64,000 nucleotides of DNA from an uncultured Gammaproteobacteria bacterium (GTDB lineage: Bacteria > Patescibacteriota > Microgenomatia > UBA12405), in NCBI GenBank assembly GCA_964503465.1, contig CAZCYZ010000002.1:6995-70994 (forward strand). Reading direction: 5' to 3'. The notes beneath the pieces were generated by a model. It was not told where the DNA came from, did not search any database, and worked only from the letters and a program-made list of their open reading frames with translations. Position numbers and translations under genes: made by a program. Within the stretch, counting starts at the first letter, position 1, and every line of letters begins with the position of its first letter. This document shows positions 7,861-17,313 of the stretch, piece after piece.

Positions 7861-9018
7861 ATGAAAAAAAGAAAAGTATATTTGGATTATGCGGCGACTA
7901 CGCCGGTGGATCCACGGGTGGTGAGGGCGATGTTGCCGTATTTTTATGATAGTTTTGGCAATACCATGTCGTTGCATCAATATGGTCGGGTCGAGGCGGA
8001 GGTGGTGGAAAAAATACGGGAGAAAGTAGCCAGGTTGGTTGGGGCTAAGACAGATGAAATAATTTTTACCGGGAGTGCAACTGAAAGTAATAATTTGGCT
8101 TTAAAGGGGTTGGCAGAAGCTAACCCAACAAAAAAGCAAATCATTATTTCGGCAATTGAACATGACTGTGTGCTAAAAAGCGCTGAATGGTTGGAGGGTA
8201 AGGGTTACAAAGTTGATAGGGTGGGAGTGGATCAATATGGACGGGTGAAGCTTGACGAATTGAAAAGATTATTGGGTGGGGAAACTTTGGTGGTGTCAAT
8301 AATTTTGGCCAACAATGAGGTGGGGACAGTTCAGGATGTTGAGGCGATTGGAAAACTTTGTCGAGACAAGGGGGTATACTTTCACACTGATGCTTCCCAG
8401 GCCTTGGGAAAAGTAAAAATTGAAGTAAATGAACAACAAATTGATTTGTTGACGGCTTCGAGTCATAAAATTTATGGCCCCAAAGGAGTGGCGGTGTTGT
8501 ACGTTCGGGAAGGAACAAAATTGACGCCAATACTCCATGGCGGTGGACATGAGGGAGGATTACGGTCGTCAACGGTCAACGTGCCGGCAATTGTGGGTCT
8601 TGGAAAAGCAATTGATTTGGATCAAAAACTAAATATTAAAAATCAAAAATTAAGTGAATTGAGGGACAGATTGGTGGAAGGAGTGTTAAAAAATATCCCT
8701 GGAACGAAGTTAAACGGAGATTCAGATCATCGACTGCCTAATATTGCCAATATTTCCTTTGACTATATTGAAGGGGAAGGAGTGGTGTTGGAGCTGGATA
8801 GAATGGGGGTGATGGTGTCGACTGGATCGGCTTGTTCCTCGACCAGTTTGGAGCCAAGTCATGTGTTGTTGGCGATGGGGTTGACACATCAACAAGCTCA
8901 TGGGTCATTGCGGTTTAGTGTTGGCAGGTGGACAACTAAAAGTGAGATTGATTATGTGTTGACGGTGTTGCCAAAAATTGTGGCCAAATTTAGAAAAATT
9001 TCACCTTATAAGTTATGA
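7861..9018 (+). CDS. iscS: cysteine desulfurase IscS/NifS
   Basis: YLDYAATTPVDPRV..., SSHKIYGPKG PLP-lysine region, GGGHEGGLRSSTVNVP. Confidence 0.9.
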   Translation: MKKRKVYLDYAATTPVDPRVVRAMLPYFYDSFGNTMSLHQYGRVEAEVVEKIREKVARLVGAKTDEIIFTGSATESNNLALKGLAEANPTKKQIIISAIEHDCVLKSAEWLEGKGYKVDRVGVDQYGRVKLDELKRLLGGETLVVSIILANNEVGTVQDVEAIGKLCRDKGVYFHTDASQALGKVKIEVNEQQIDLLTASSHKIYGPKGVAVLYVREGTKLTPILHGGGHEGGLRSSTVNVPAIVGLGKAIDLDQKLNIKNQKLSELRDRLVEGVLKNIPGTKLNGDSDHRLPNIANISFDYIEGEGVVLELDRMGVMVSTGSACSSTSLEPSHVLLAMGLTHQQAHGSLRFSVGRWTTKSEIDYVLTVLPKIVAKFRKISPYKL

Positions 9019-9029
9019 AAATTCCTAGC

Positions 9030-9120
9030 TTGCAACAAATTTTTTGCAGTACTCGCTACCTTCGGGCTCCGATCCTGCGGTTCTCGCGTTCGCTGCGTGC
9101 TGAAAAAATTGTTGCGGCGC
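9030..9120. repeat. palindromic element copy C between iscS and iscU (arms gcaacaaattttttgcag / ctgaaaaaattgttgcgg)
   Basis: About 18-nt imperfect inverted repeat flanking a GC-rich core related to copies A and B. Confidence 0.5.
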
Positions 9121-9136
9121 TGTCATTTTCACTTAA

Positions 9137-9601
9137 TTGATGATTATGATTCAAAATATAAATTACTCAAAAAAGGTTTTAAAACATTTTAGGAATCCCC
9201 ATAACCTGGGAAAGATTGCCAATGCCAGTGGAACAGGGGAGGTGGGGAACATGGCTTGTGGCGATGTGATGAAGTTGTATATTAAGGTGAAGGATGGGGT
9301 AATTACTGGGGTGAAATTTGAAACTTATGGTTGTGCGGCGGCGATTGCCACTAGTAGCGTGATTACTGATATGGTCAAAGGGAAAACGATTGAAGAGGCA
9401 TTGGAGTTGACCAACCAAGATGTGATTGAATCACTTGAAGGTTTGCCGCCGGTAAAGATCCATTGTTCACTACTGTCGGTGGATGCTTTGTCGGAGGCGA
9501 TTTATGATTATTTGCGAGAAAACAAATTGGAGATACCAAAAGACTTGGAGTTGAGACACAAAAGAATTGTGACTTTGGCAAAAGAAGACCATCATCATTA
9601 G
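9137..9601 (+). CDS. iscU: Fe-S cluster scaffold IscU/NifU
   Basis: GTGEVGNMACGDVMKL, TYGCAAAIATSS, LPPVKIHCSLL motifs. Confidence 0.9.
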   Translation: MMIMIQNINYSKKVLKHFRNPHNLGKIANASGTGEVGNMACGDVMKLYIKVKDGVITGVKFETYGCAAAIATSSVITDMVKGKTIEEALELTNQDVIESLEGLPPVKIHCSLLSVDALSEAIYDYLRENKLEIPKDLELRHKRIVTLAKEDHHH

Positions 9602-9904
9602 ATGCTAGAATCAGTAATGGAGAAGAAGGGCATTAGAATAATTAGAGAATTAGTAGTGCCAGTTGATCCAGAAGAGGATTTTGGGGCTCCTTGGTATGGA
9701 GAATATGGTGGTTATAAAGTGGTTGATGTAAGACGGCATCAAGGTGTCAGGGGTAGGTTACCCTTTGGACTGGGTCAATATGAAGGCGCCTCGTACGGAA
9801 TGGGTGGAATGTCACTGGCAGAAGCAATAAGAACGGCCGAGCAGTGTGCTGATGATGCGCTGGGGACGATGACAGTTCGTCCAGTTAGGCCGAGTCTTTG
9901 GTAG
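9602..9904 (+). CDS. hypothetical protein
   Basis: ATG directly follows the iscU stop; G/Y-rich 100-aa ORF. Confidence 0.35.
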   Translation: MLESVMEKKGIRIIRELVVPVDPEEDFGAPWYGEYGGYKVVDVRRHQGVRGRLPFGLGQYEGASYGMGGMSLAEAIRTAEQCADDALGTMTVRPVRPSLW

Positions 9905-10578
9905 AATTGGTCATGAAGGTAATTTGTTTTGATCGGGATGGAGTGGTGGTTAAAAGAGGAACTTGGTGGGATAGGGGGGAAATCAAGACCTATGAGATAG
10001 AGGATAGAGTTAAGGAAAAGATAGCGAAATTGTGTAAAGGATATTTTGTGTGTGTCACCAGTGGAAGAAGTATTGAGTTTTTGGAATCTGAGTGGAAGGA
10101 TTTGATGGGGGAAAAATTTGCGGTTCACGGGGAAATTGGAAATTTGATTAAATATGATGGTGGTCTGTGGGAGGAAGAGTGGAGCGAAGAGGAAACGAGG
10201 TTACTAGAGAACATTAGACAACAATGGAGTATGTTGCGAGATGGGAGAATAAATGGCTTTGAACCAAAGCGAAAAATTGTAACGATGCACTGTAGTCGGA
10301 GGGTAGAAGAGGCAGAAAAGATGGTAACCGATGAAAGGCTTTATTGTTGGTGGAATGAGGAGGCCTATGATGTGGGACTAAAAAGGATTACCAAGTTAAC
10401 AGGAATTAAAAAATGGGCTGAAATGTTGGGGATAGATTTGAGTGAAGTGATAATGGTGGGGCATGGAATTAATGACCAGGGGGCAATGGGAGGAGTTGGG
10501 AAGACCATAAGTGTAGCCGAGAACGAGGAGATTGGGGGAGAAAGAACAATGGATGAGTTGCTGGAACTGATAAAATAG
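9898..10578 (+). CDS. HAD-superfamily hydrolase (Cof/HAD-IIB-like)
   Basis: ICFDRDGVV (DxDG motif I) and MVGHGINDQGAM (GDGxND motif IV). Confidence 0.65.
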   Translation: MVELVMKVICFDRDGVVVKRGTWWDRGEIKTYEIEDRVKEKIAKLCKGYFVCVTSGRSIEFLESEWKDLMGEKFAVHGEIGNLIKYDGGLWEEEWSEEETRLLENIRQQWSMLRDGRINGFEPKRKIVTMHCSRRVEEAEKMVTDERLYCWWNEEAYDVGLKRITKLTGIKKWAEMLGIDLSEVIMVGHGINDQGAMGGVGKTISVAENEEIGGERTMDELLELIK

Positions 10579-10585
10579 TCTTGTT

Positions 10586-10661
10586 GCCTGAGTAGCTCAG
10601 TTGGTCAGAGCGCATGTTTTGTAAACATGATGTCGTGGGTCCGAATCCCACCTCAGGCTCC
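10586..10661 (+). tRNA. tRNA-Thr (anticodon TGT)
   Basis: GCCTGAG acceptor, D-arm GCTCAGTTGGTCAGAGC, anticodon stem CATGT/ACATG with loop TTTGTAA, T-loop TCCGAAT. Confidence 0.8.
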
Positions 10662-10663
10662 GA

Positions 10664-11812
10664 ATGTCTCAAAAACGAATATTAGTGCTAACCGATCATA
10701 TGCCCTGGGGACATCGGGCAATTGCCAGGGCGATTTTTGGTTACCTAAAAAAACACGAGAAGGAGGTCGACGTTAAGGTTGATTATGTCGAGGTTGACCC
10801 AAGATTGGGGTTAGCAAATGACTTTTATACTTTTGCGTACAGGCTGATTCCGTCAACTAATCGGGTATCCCACAAACTGATGAATTATCGGATTTTAAGA
10901 GATTTGTTGTTGGAGACCACAGTACGTGATATGGCCGGACTCAAAAAGGTGATTGGAAAGTATAAACCCGACCTAGTTATTAGCTGTTATTTTTTCCATA
11001 GTATTGCCTTGGCTAAGTTAAAGGCAGAAGTCGAGACTAAATATAAGTTGTGGACAATAGTGGCCGATCCATGGTCGATTAATCCGATATCTTTTGTTAA
11101 AGAGGCTGATTTGAACTTGGTTTATGATGAGGTGGGAATAAAAGAGGGATTAAAACAGGGAGTGAGAAAGGATAGGTTGGTGGCAACTGGCTGGTGGACT
11201 AGGGAGGAAATGTGGCAGCAATATGACCGAGTGGCAGTAAGAAAAAAATTGGGATTCAAGGATGACAGGCCGATAATATTTGTGGGCGGGGGAAGCTTGG
11301 GAACGAGTTCGTTGCCTCGGGTGTTGGCGGCGTTGATGTTGGTTAAAAGTCCGGTAGGTTTGATTATTAACACTGGAACGGATAAGTTGAGTTACAACTT
11401 GGTGGAAGAATATATACGGTTGTTCAAAAGGATTAGGACTAATGATTTGGTCTGGGTCAAAAATATGGGATGGATCGATAATATGGGGGAAGTACTGGCG
11501 GCAAGTGATATTGTTTTTGGTAAGGCGGGACCAAATTTTTTGTTTGATGTAGTAGCGGCAAAAAAGCCGTTTGTGGCAATTACTCATATTGGAGGACAGG
11601 AAGATGGCAATATTGACATAATTAAGAAGAAAAAATTGGGTTGGGTGAAGGAAAATAAGTGGGAGATATCGGAGTTTATGTTGGCTTATTTAAAGAAACC
11701 TGAATGGTATCACCAGCGTTTTGAGGAATCGATTAAGAGGGAGGCGGAAAGGAATATGGACTGTTGGCCGACGATGTTGGAATTGGTGAAAAAATACCTA
11801 CCAAAAGGTTGA
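10664..11812 (+). CDS. glycosyltransferase family 28, MGDG synthase/UgtP-like diacylglycerol glycosyltransferase
   Basis: N-terminal ILVLTDHMPWGHRAIARAI resembles the MGDG-synthase G-G-GH motif; size and C-terminal GT-B features. Confidence 0.6.
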   Translation: MSQKRILVLTDHMPWGHRAIARAIFGYLKKHEKEVDVKVDYVEVDPRLGLANDFYTFAYRLIPSTNRVSHKLMNYRILRDLLLETTVRDMAGLKKVIGKYKPDLVISCYFFHSIALAKLKAEVETKYKLWTIVADPWSINPISFVKEADLNLVYDEVGIKEGLKQGVRKDRLVATGWWTREEMWQQYDRVAVRKKLGFKDDRPIIFVGGGSLGTSSLPRVLAALMLVKSPVGLIINTGTDKLSYNLVEEYIRLFKRIRTNDLVWVKNMGWIDNMGEVLAASDIVFGKAGPNFLFDVVAAKKPFVAITHIGGQEDGNIDIIKKKKLGWVKENKWEISEFMLAYLKKPEWYHQRFEESIKREAERNMDCWPTMLELVKKYLPKG

Positions 11813-11965
11813 CTTCGATAGAGGCTTTTCCACGCTACGAAACGTGGCGGAAAGCTATCTTGGTAAAACACGTGGGCTTACCAAAAACGCGCTTTCCTTA
11901 GAAAGAAGGTTAGCTAGAAAAAACACCTTCTCAAAGATCCTTTTGGTAGGATATATAATTCTATC

Positions 11966-12352
11966 ATGATTTCGATTCCAAAAAAGATTGAATACTCGTT
12001 GGAACTGATAGCATATTTGTCAAAAAATGAGGGTCGGTTGGTGTCACTATCAAAGGCGGCAGAAGTGTTGAAATTGCCCTACAGATTTTTGGGGCAGTTG
12101 GCTATTCCTCTAAAGAAAGCGGGAATAATTGAAGGGAAGGAAGGAAAGAGCGGAGGTTATAATTTGACTGGCAGGTGGGGGGAGAAAAGTGTTTACGATG
12201 TGGTGGAGGCCTTGGGAGAAAATAGGAAGTTAGTAAAATGTTTGGGAGGGGATTGTGTGCGAAGTCATATTTGTCGAATGGGGAAGGTTTGGCGAAGAGT
12301 GGAGGAGAGTTTTATTAATGAGTTAAAAAAGATAAAACTACAAGATCTATGA
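11966..12352 (+). CDS. Rrf2-family transcriptional regulator (IscR-like)
   Basis: IEYSLELIAYLSK... LSKAAEVLKLPYRFLGQLAIPLKKAGII Rrf2 HTH; C-terminal Cys residues. Confidence 0.75.
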   Translation: MISIPKKIEYSLELIAYLSKNEGRLVSLSKAAEVLKLPYRFLGQLAIPLKKAGIIEGKEGKSGGYNLTGRWGEKSVYDVVEALGENRKLVKCLGGDCVRSHICRMGKVWRRVEESFINELKKIKLQDL

Positions 12353-12549
12353 TTACAAAAAAAACATTATTGGCGGAGATTGTGGAAAAATACCCGAAAG
12401 CGGCGGAGGAGCTGGTGTTTAAATATGGTTTTCATTGCATTGGCTGTGGGGCAGCAGCGATGGAGACTTTGGAGCAGGGGGCGATGGTTCATGGAATGAC
12501 AACAAAAGAGGTGGAGAAACTGGTGAAGAAACTTAATTCCCTGATTTAG
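12349..12549 (+). CDS. DUF1858-domain small redox protein
   Basis: IVEKYPKAAEELVFKYGFHCIGCGAAAMETLEQGAMVHG matches the DUF1858 pattern. Confidence 0.75.
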   Translation: MITKKTLLAEIVEKYPKAAEELVFKYGFHCIGCGAAAMETLEQGAMVHGMTTKEVEKLVKKLNSLI

Positions 12550-12731
12550 GACAAATACAGTTGCAAACTGGGGCGGTAGTTTTGGCGCCAAGAACTTGGG
12601 AGCCAGAGCGGGAGATAAGACCAACCCCTTGGATAATGGCCAAAGAAAATAGAGCGATGACCAGAACGGTCATTAACGGTTGGTTTCCTGATTCGTTCAT
12701 AGAATAATAATGAACTTTGAGAGATTGGTTG

Positions 12732-13331
12732 TCAAACAATTGGAGCCAGAAAAAGACGAAGGATGAAGTTGATGATAGGACTAATAATGAGGGTAACAAT
12801 ATTGGAACCACCAATTGGAAGAAAGAGAAGAACAGCCAAAAGGTAATAGCCATAGCGGGCGAAGGCCCGATCCCACTCGATAGATTGTTCTGGTGGCAGA
12901 AGGTTTAAAAAGATTTTGGAACCATCAAGCGGGGGGACGGGAAGGAGATTGAAAACTGCCAGGGAAACATTGACAGAGATAAGAATGTAATAAATAGAAT
13001 AGGGAATATTTATAGGTAAGAAACGCCAAATAAGTGAAGTTATGAGAGCCAAAATCAGGTTGCTACCTGGTCCAGCAAGAGAAACTAAAAATTCGTCGCG
13101 ACGAGGAAAACGGAAATTGTAGGGATCAATTGGGACTGGTTTGCCCCAGCCAATACCGGCGAAAATGAGCATAATAGTACCGAGAGGATCAAGATGTTTG
13201 AGAGGATTGAGGCTGAGACGATCATTGGCCCGAGGAGTGGGATCACCCAGACGATCGGCAGCAAAAGCATGGGCAAACTCGTGAATAGTAATGGCGACAA
13301 TTAGGGCCAGGAAGGACAAGATGGAAAGCAT
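12732..13331 (-). CDS. site-2 protease family (M50) zinc metalloprotease
   Basis: HEFAHAFAA (HExxH) in first TM; LLPVPPLDGSKI (LDG motif). Confidence 0.8.
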   Translation of the reverse strand: MLSILSFLALIVAITIHEFAHAFAADRLGDPTPRANDRLSLNPLKHLDPLGTIMLIFAGIGWGKPVPIDPYNFRFPRRDEFLVSLAGPGSNLILALITSLIWRFLPINIPYSIYYILISVNVSLAVFNLLPVPPLDGSKIFLNLLPPEQSIEWDRAFARYGYYLLAVLLFLPIGGSNIVTLIISPIINFILRLFLAPIV

Positions 13332-13380
13332 CAAAAATTCAAAATTTTAAATTAAAAATTGATATGGTATAGTATAGCCT

Positions 13381-13563
13381 ATGAAAAGAAGCTGTGATTT
13401 GTGCAGTAAAGGGACCAAAATAGGGCGAAATCGGTCACACGCCCAAAACAGAACTGCAAGGACTTTTGGGGCTAATGTTCAAAAAGTGAGTATGACGATT
13501 GGGGAGGACAAAATCTCGGGGAATTTTTGTACCAAGTGTATTAAGAAACTAAAGAAAGCTTGA
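13381..13563 (+). CDS. rpmB: 50S ribosomal protein L28
   Basis: CDLCSKGTKIGRNRSHAQNRTARTFGANVQKV matches L28. Confidence 0.85.
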   Translation: MKRSCDLCSKGTKIGRNRSHAQNRTARTFGANVQKVSMTIGEDKISGNFCTKCIKKLKKA

Positions 13564-13668
13564 TTTGAAAGGGATGGCACATTGGTTCGTAACAATTTTT
13601 TCGCTCCTGTCAAATACGTGACCGTGTTGAACGGATCGAAAAAATATTACTTCACCTGTGCCTCGTTT

Positions 13669-14526
13669 TTAGGTCAAGTTGTTTTTGATTTGATCCCAAA
13701 GGATTGGAGTTTTGCCTTCGAGCTGAACGGTAAGAGGGTTGATGGCGATGATTTTGAGACGTCGGTGGTTGGGGGTGGTGGTCCAAACTCCGGGCCAGGG
13801 GTGAAGAGCACGATAGAGAGTGTTGAGCTGGGGAGCAAAGTGTGGGTCAAGGAAATTGGCCCAAGTGACAAAACCGTCGTCACGGGTTAATTGGCGAGCA
13901 TAGGTTGGATCGTTGACTGTTGGTCGTCGAGTTTGAGGGATGGGGGTGATTTGGTTAATTTTAGGAAGAGTGTCGATAATTAAATCGGCACTAAGGCGGT
14001 AGAGTTTGTCATAAAGAGTTTGGCGAGTATCAGTGGGGGTAATGGGAATGGTGGATTGGGTCAGGATATCCCCCTGATCGAATTTGGCCGACATTTTGAT
14101 AAGAGTGACTCCAGTCTTGGATTCGCCTTTTAAAATGGCCCATTCAGCCGGGAAACGGCCGGCATAATCGGGAAGAAGTGATTGATGAGCATTAAGAGAG
14201 GTGTTGAGGGGAAACTCAAGCCATGTTTTTGGGATTAACCGGCCAAAACCTGCAACGATAATAAAATCAGGTCGGTCTAGTTTCGGGGGGATAGTGTCAA
14301 GGTTTTCCAGGGGGAACACTGGTAATTGATGGTCAAGACAATATTGGTGAACAGCGGTGGGGGTGATAATCCCACGGTCGCCGGGACGGGGAGGGGTAGT
14401 CACCACGGCGATAATTTTAATGTTGGGGGAATGGTGAAGAGCCTCAAGAGTAAGAACCGAGTAGTGCTGGAAGGAGCCAAAAAATATGATATGGCTAATT
14501 GACATTGGTATTTGGTTTTGTTTCAA
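13669..14526 (-). CDS. fmt: methionyl-tRNA formyltransferase
   Basis: HQSLLPDYAGRFPAEWAILKGESKTGVTLIKMSAKFDQGDIL formyl-transferase core. Confidence 0.8.
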   Translation of the reverse strand: MKQNQIPMSISHIIFFGSFQHYSVLTLEALHHSPNIKIIAVVTTPPRPGDRGIITPTAVHQYCLDHQLPVFPLENLDTIPPKLDRPDFIIVAGFGRLIPKTWLEFPLNTSLNAHQSLLPDYAGRFPAEWAILKGESKTGVTLIKMSAKFDQGDILTQSTIPITPTDTRQTLYDKLYRLSADLIIDTLPKINQITPIPQTRRPTVNDPTYARQLTRDDGFVTWANFLDPHFAPQLNTLYRALHPWPGVWTTTPNHRRLKIIAINPLTVQLEGKTPILWDQIKNNLT

Positions 14527-14566
14527 TAAATTTGGTATCGTTATGTATTATATTTTAAATTAAATA

Positions 14567-14833
14567 ATGTTTGCTAAAAAAGAAAGTAAAAGTTGGCTAG
14601 AGAAGAATGGGGCTATTATGGTTATTATTTTGATGTCGGTGACTATAGTGGCAGGTTTGGTATTGGTAAGTAGAAATCAAGATATTCGAGACGAGGCGGC
14701 GGGGAAAAAGCCCGGTAGTGGTATTCAACAAGGTGGTGTTGGTTCTGGTGGTGGGAAAAAACCTGGTAGTGATGTGCAACAGCAGGATAGTGTTCGGCAA
14801 ACCAAGAAACCACGAAGTAGCAACCAGCAGTAA
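14567..14833 (+). CDS. small membrane-anchored protein with post-TM SRNQDIRDEA motif and Gly/Gln-rich tail
   Basis: Single N-terminal TM; shares the Q[DE][TI]R motif with proteins at 42363 and 47278. Confidence 0.45.
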   Translation: MFAKKESKSWLEKNGAIMVIILMSVTIVAGLVLVSRNQDIRDEAAGKKPGSGIQQGGVGSGGGKKPGSDVQQQDSVRQTKKPRSSNQQ

Positions 14834-14862
14834 CTAACGTCTTGGCTTTGATATAATTTGGA

Positions 14863-15420
14863 GTGAGAAAAATCGTTCTATACCCTGATTCTGTGTTAAG
14901 ACAGAAGTCGGACAAGGTGGAGGCGGTGGACGATCAGTTGTTAGCCGAAATTGAGGAAATAAGAACGATGTTGGAGGACAAGGATAATGGGGCTGGGTTG
15001 GCGGCGCCGCAGGTGGGGATATTGAAACGTTTTTTTGTAACCAAGGAGATGAAGAGTCGGAAGGCGGTGACGATGATAAATCCAGAAATAATAGCTGGTG
15101 TGGGTGAGAAAACTTTTCCAGTAATTAGATTGGAAAAAGGGGGAGAGGAGAATTTTTTGGAGGGCTGTTTGTCGTTTCCGGGTATTTGGGGAACAGCCAA
15201 AAGATACCTAAGGATTGAAGCTAAATGGGAGGTGATAAAAAGAGGAAAATTAGTTGAAATAAGAAAAACATTGGTTGGATTTGAGGCAATTGTGTTTCAA
15301 CATGAGACAGATCATCTGGATGGGGCGCTTTTTGTTGATCGAATCAAAGAAAGTGATGGAAAACTATACCGACAAACGGGGGAGAAAATGGAGGAAATAT
15401 CAATTGGGGATTTTGTTTAA
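14863..15420 (+). CDS. def: peptide deformylase
   Basis: GLAAPQVG, EGCLSFPG, QHETDHLDG motifs; GTG start. Confidence 0.9.
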   Translation: MRKIVLYPDSVLRQKSDKVEAVDDQLLAEIEEIRTMLEDKDNGAGLAAPQVGILKRFFVTKEMKSRKAVTMINPEIIAGVGEKTFPVIRLEKGGEENFLEGCLSFPGIWGTAKRYLRIEAKWEVIKRGKLVEIRKTLVGFEAIVFQHETDHLDGALFVDRIKESDGKLYRQTGEKMEEISIGDFV

Positions 15421-17313
15421 AAATTCTTTGGCGTCGGAGTTAGTAGGAGCAAGTTCCAGGACTTTGGTGAAAGCGGTTTTGGCAGATGGGTAATCCTTGG
15501 CGTTAAAATATAGTCGACCCAGGGCAAAATAAGCGTGATCGTAGTTGGGTTTGAGAATGGTGGCTTGTTGGTAGAATTTGATGGACTCGGCAGTTTGACC
15601 ACCAGATTCGAAAAATTGTCCGAGGAGGAAAAAGGTTCTGGCATCAGTGGGGGCCAGGGTGGCAGTTTTGACTAGGGTGTCGATGGCGGTGGCAAGATAT
15701 TTAGAATCGATGGCGGAAAGATAGTAAAAGACCTGAGCTCGCTGTTTTAAAAGATTGGTGTTGGCGGGACTAAGGCTGGTAGCAGCATCGGAGTATGAAA
15801 TGGCGGCAGAAACGTACTGAGAATCTTTGGTGGTAAGAGCCAACTCGGAGGCGATGGTGGCCGCTTGAGACAAATAGATAGGCTCGTTGAGGCGGTAGCC
15901 AAGACTTAGCTTAATTTGGTTGTAGGCTAATTGGAGAAGTTTGGCGGTGTCGTATTTTTCTGATTGAGAGTAAGTGATGTCGGCTAGATAATAAAACAAA
16001 ATTTTGGAGGAGAAATAGAAAAAGAAAAGAATTAGAGCTAGTTTATAGATAAAAGATTTTTTGGTAGTAGATTGGTGAGTGACGGGAGAGATTGACAGTG
16101 TGGGGAGAAGAAAAAAATAGATGGAAGTAATGACCACCGAGAAACCGGTAGCATTGGTAATGAGGATTGACAGAAACGAGATTAGTAATCTGTAATCGGT
16201 GAAGAGTAGTTTTAGAATTAGAACAATTAAAACCAAATAGGTGATGAGGCCAAAAAGGCCGGTGGTAGCAAGATAATTTAGGTATTCGTTGTGGGCTTTG
16301 TTGTAAAGGAAATCCCATTCAGAGGTAAGGTTGTGAGCAGCCGGACGGGTCCAATAATAGCTATAGGCGAAGGTTTCGGGGCCGGTGCCAATTAGAGGGA
16401 ATTTTTTCCAGAGATTAATAGCTCCGGTCCAAACAATTTTACGGATATCTTCAGAAGGAGTAATGTTCTGTAAAACCCCCTTGTTTTCCCCCTTGACAGG
16501 GGGAACCGGGAAAATGAGGTCTTTGATTGGGTTGGGGATAGTGAGGGATAATAAGATAAGAAGAAGAATTATGAGGTATGACTTATGGTTTCTGAATAGA
16601 ATTTTGTTTTTGAAAAAAGAAATCAGGAAATAAATACCTAAGGAAATAATGGCAGCGGCTAAGCCGGTTTTGGACTTGGTAAAGAGTAAACAAAGATAAA
16701 GAACTGAAGTATGAAATATGAAATATGATTGATGAATAAAAATTTTTGAATTTAAAAATTTTTCGATAGATAAGGGGAGGAGAATACAAAGATAGGCGGC
16801 TAGCCAATTGGGTTGGCCAAGGGTGGAAAAGACTCGGGCGACGACATCCTGGGCCCAAATGTGATCATCGATACCAAAATGTTGAAGGATGCCGTAAATG
16901 GAGACAACTAGTCCGGCCAGAAGAGAGGTGTTGACGATTTTTTCCTTAAATTGATCATCAAGGTAAACGATTAGAATCCAGTAGAGGGTGGAGTAACAAA
17001 GTAGGGAAAGTAGTCCACCGTTAAGCCTTGAGTAATATCCAAAAAAAGAAGTGTGTGGATCGATAGAGAAAATAGTGGAGATAGTTTGTGAAATTAAAAA
17101 TAAGATTAGAGGGATATCAAGTGGGGTGCGGCGAAAGAGCGGGACCTGGCCATTGAAAAATTCCAAAAGGTGAAGAGTAAGGGTGGTTAGGGTAATGATA
17201 TAGACAAAATACATTTTGGGAAGTTCAAAAAGTTCAGAGTTAAAGGAGGTAAAGATTAGGGGGGTGAAGAAAAAAAGACAGAGGTAGAGGAAGCGGATGA
17301 TTTTTGAGGCCAT
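15400..17313 (-). CDS. O-antigen ligase (Wzy_C)-like polytopic membrane protein with C-terminal TPR repeats
   Basis: About 12 predicted TM segments followed by TPR-like repeats (YFALGRLYFNAKDYPSAKTAF...). Confidence 0.65.
   Translation of the reverse strand: MASKIIRFLYLCLFFFTPLIFTSFNSELFELPKMYFVYIITLTTLTLHLLEFFNGQVPLFRRTPLDIPLILFLISQTISTIFSIDPHTSFFGYYSRLNGGLLSLLCYSTLYWILIVYLDDQFKEKIVNTSLLAGLVVSIYGILQHFGIDDHIWAQDVVARVFSTLGQPNWLAAYLCILLPLSIEKFLNSKIFIHQSYFIFHTSVLYLCLLFTKSKTGLAAAIISLGIYFLISFFKNKILFRNHKSYLIILLLILLSLTIPNPIKDLIFPVPPVKGENKGVLQNITPSEDIRKIVWTGAINLWKKFPLIGTGPETFAYSYYWTRPAAHNLTSEWDFLYNKAHNEYLNYLATTGLFGLITYLVLIVLILKLLFTDYRLLISFLSILITNATGFSVVITSIYFFLLPTLSISPVTHQSTTKKSFIYKLALILFFFYFSSKILFYYLADITYSQSEKYDTAKLLQLAYNQIKLSLGYRLNEPIYLSQAATIASELALTTKDSQYVSAAISYSDAATSLSPANTNLLKQRAQVFYYLSAIDSKYLATAIDTLVKTATLAPTDARTFFLLGQFFESGGQTAESIKFYQQATILKPNYDHAYFALGRLYFNAKDYPSAKTAFTKVLELAPTNSDAKEFLNKIPN

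Noticed and set aside
8144-8572. Antisense ORFs inside iscS (8144-8572 and 8296-8550), and similar shadow ORFs opposite many long genes. Examples: 11150-11587, 13582-13890, 17372-18717, 22253-22747, 26458-27810, 40741-41095 and 45705-46079.
   Set aside because: They overlap confidently identified genes in another frame, have skewed low-complexity composition, and lack recognisable motifs. They are treated as frame shadows.
12533-12700. 55-aa minus-strand small membrane ORF downstream of the M50 protease (MNESGNQPLMTVLVIALFSLAIIQG...).
   Set aside because: Plausible small protein but no supporting motif or conservation visible. Left unannotated.
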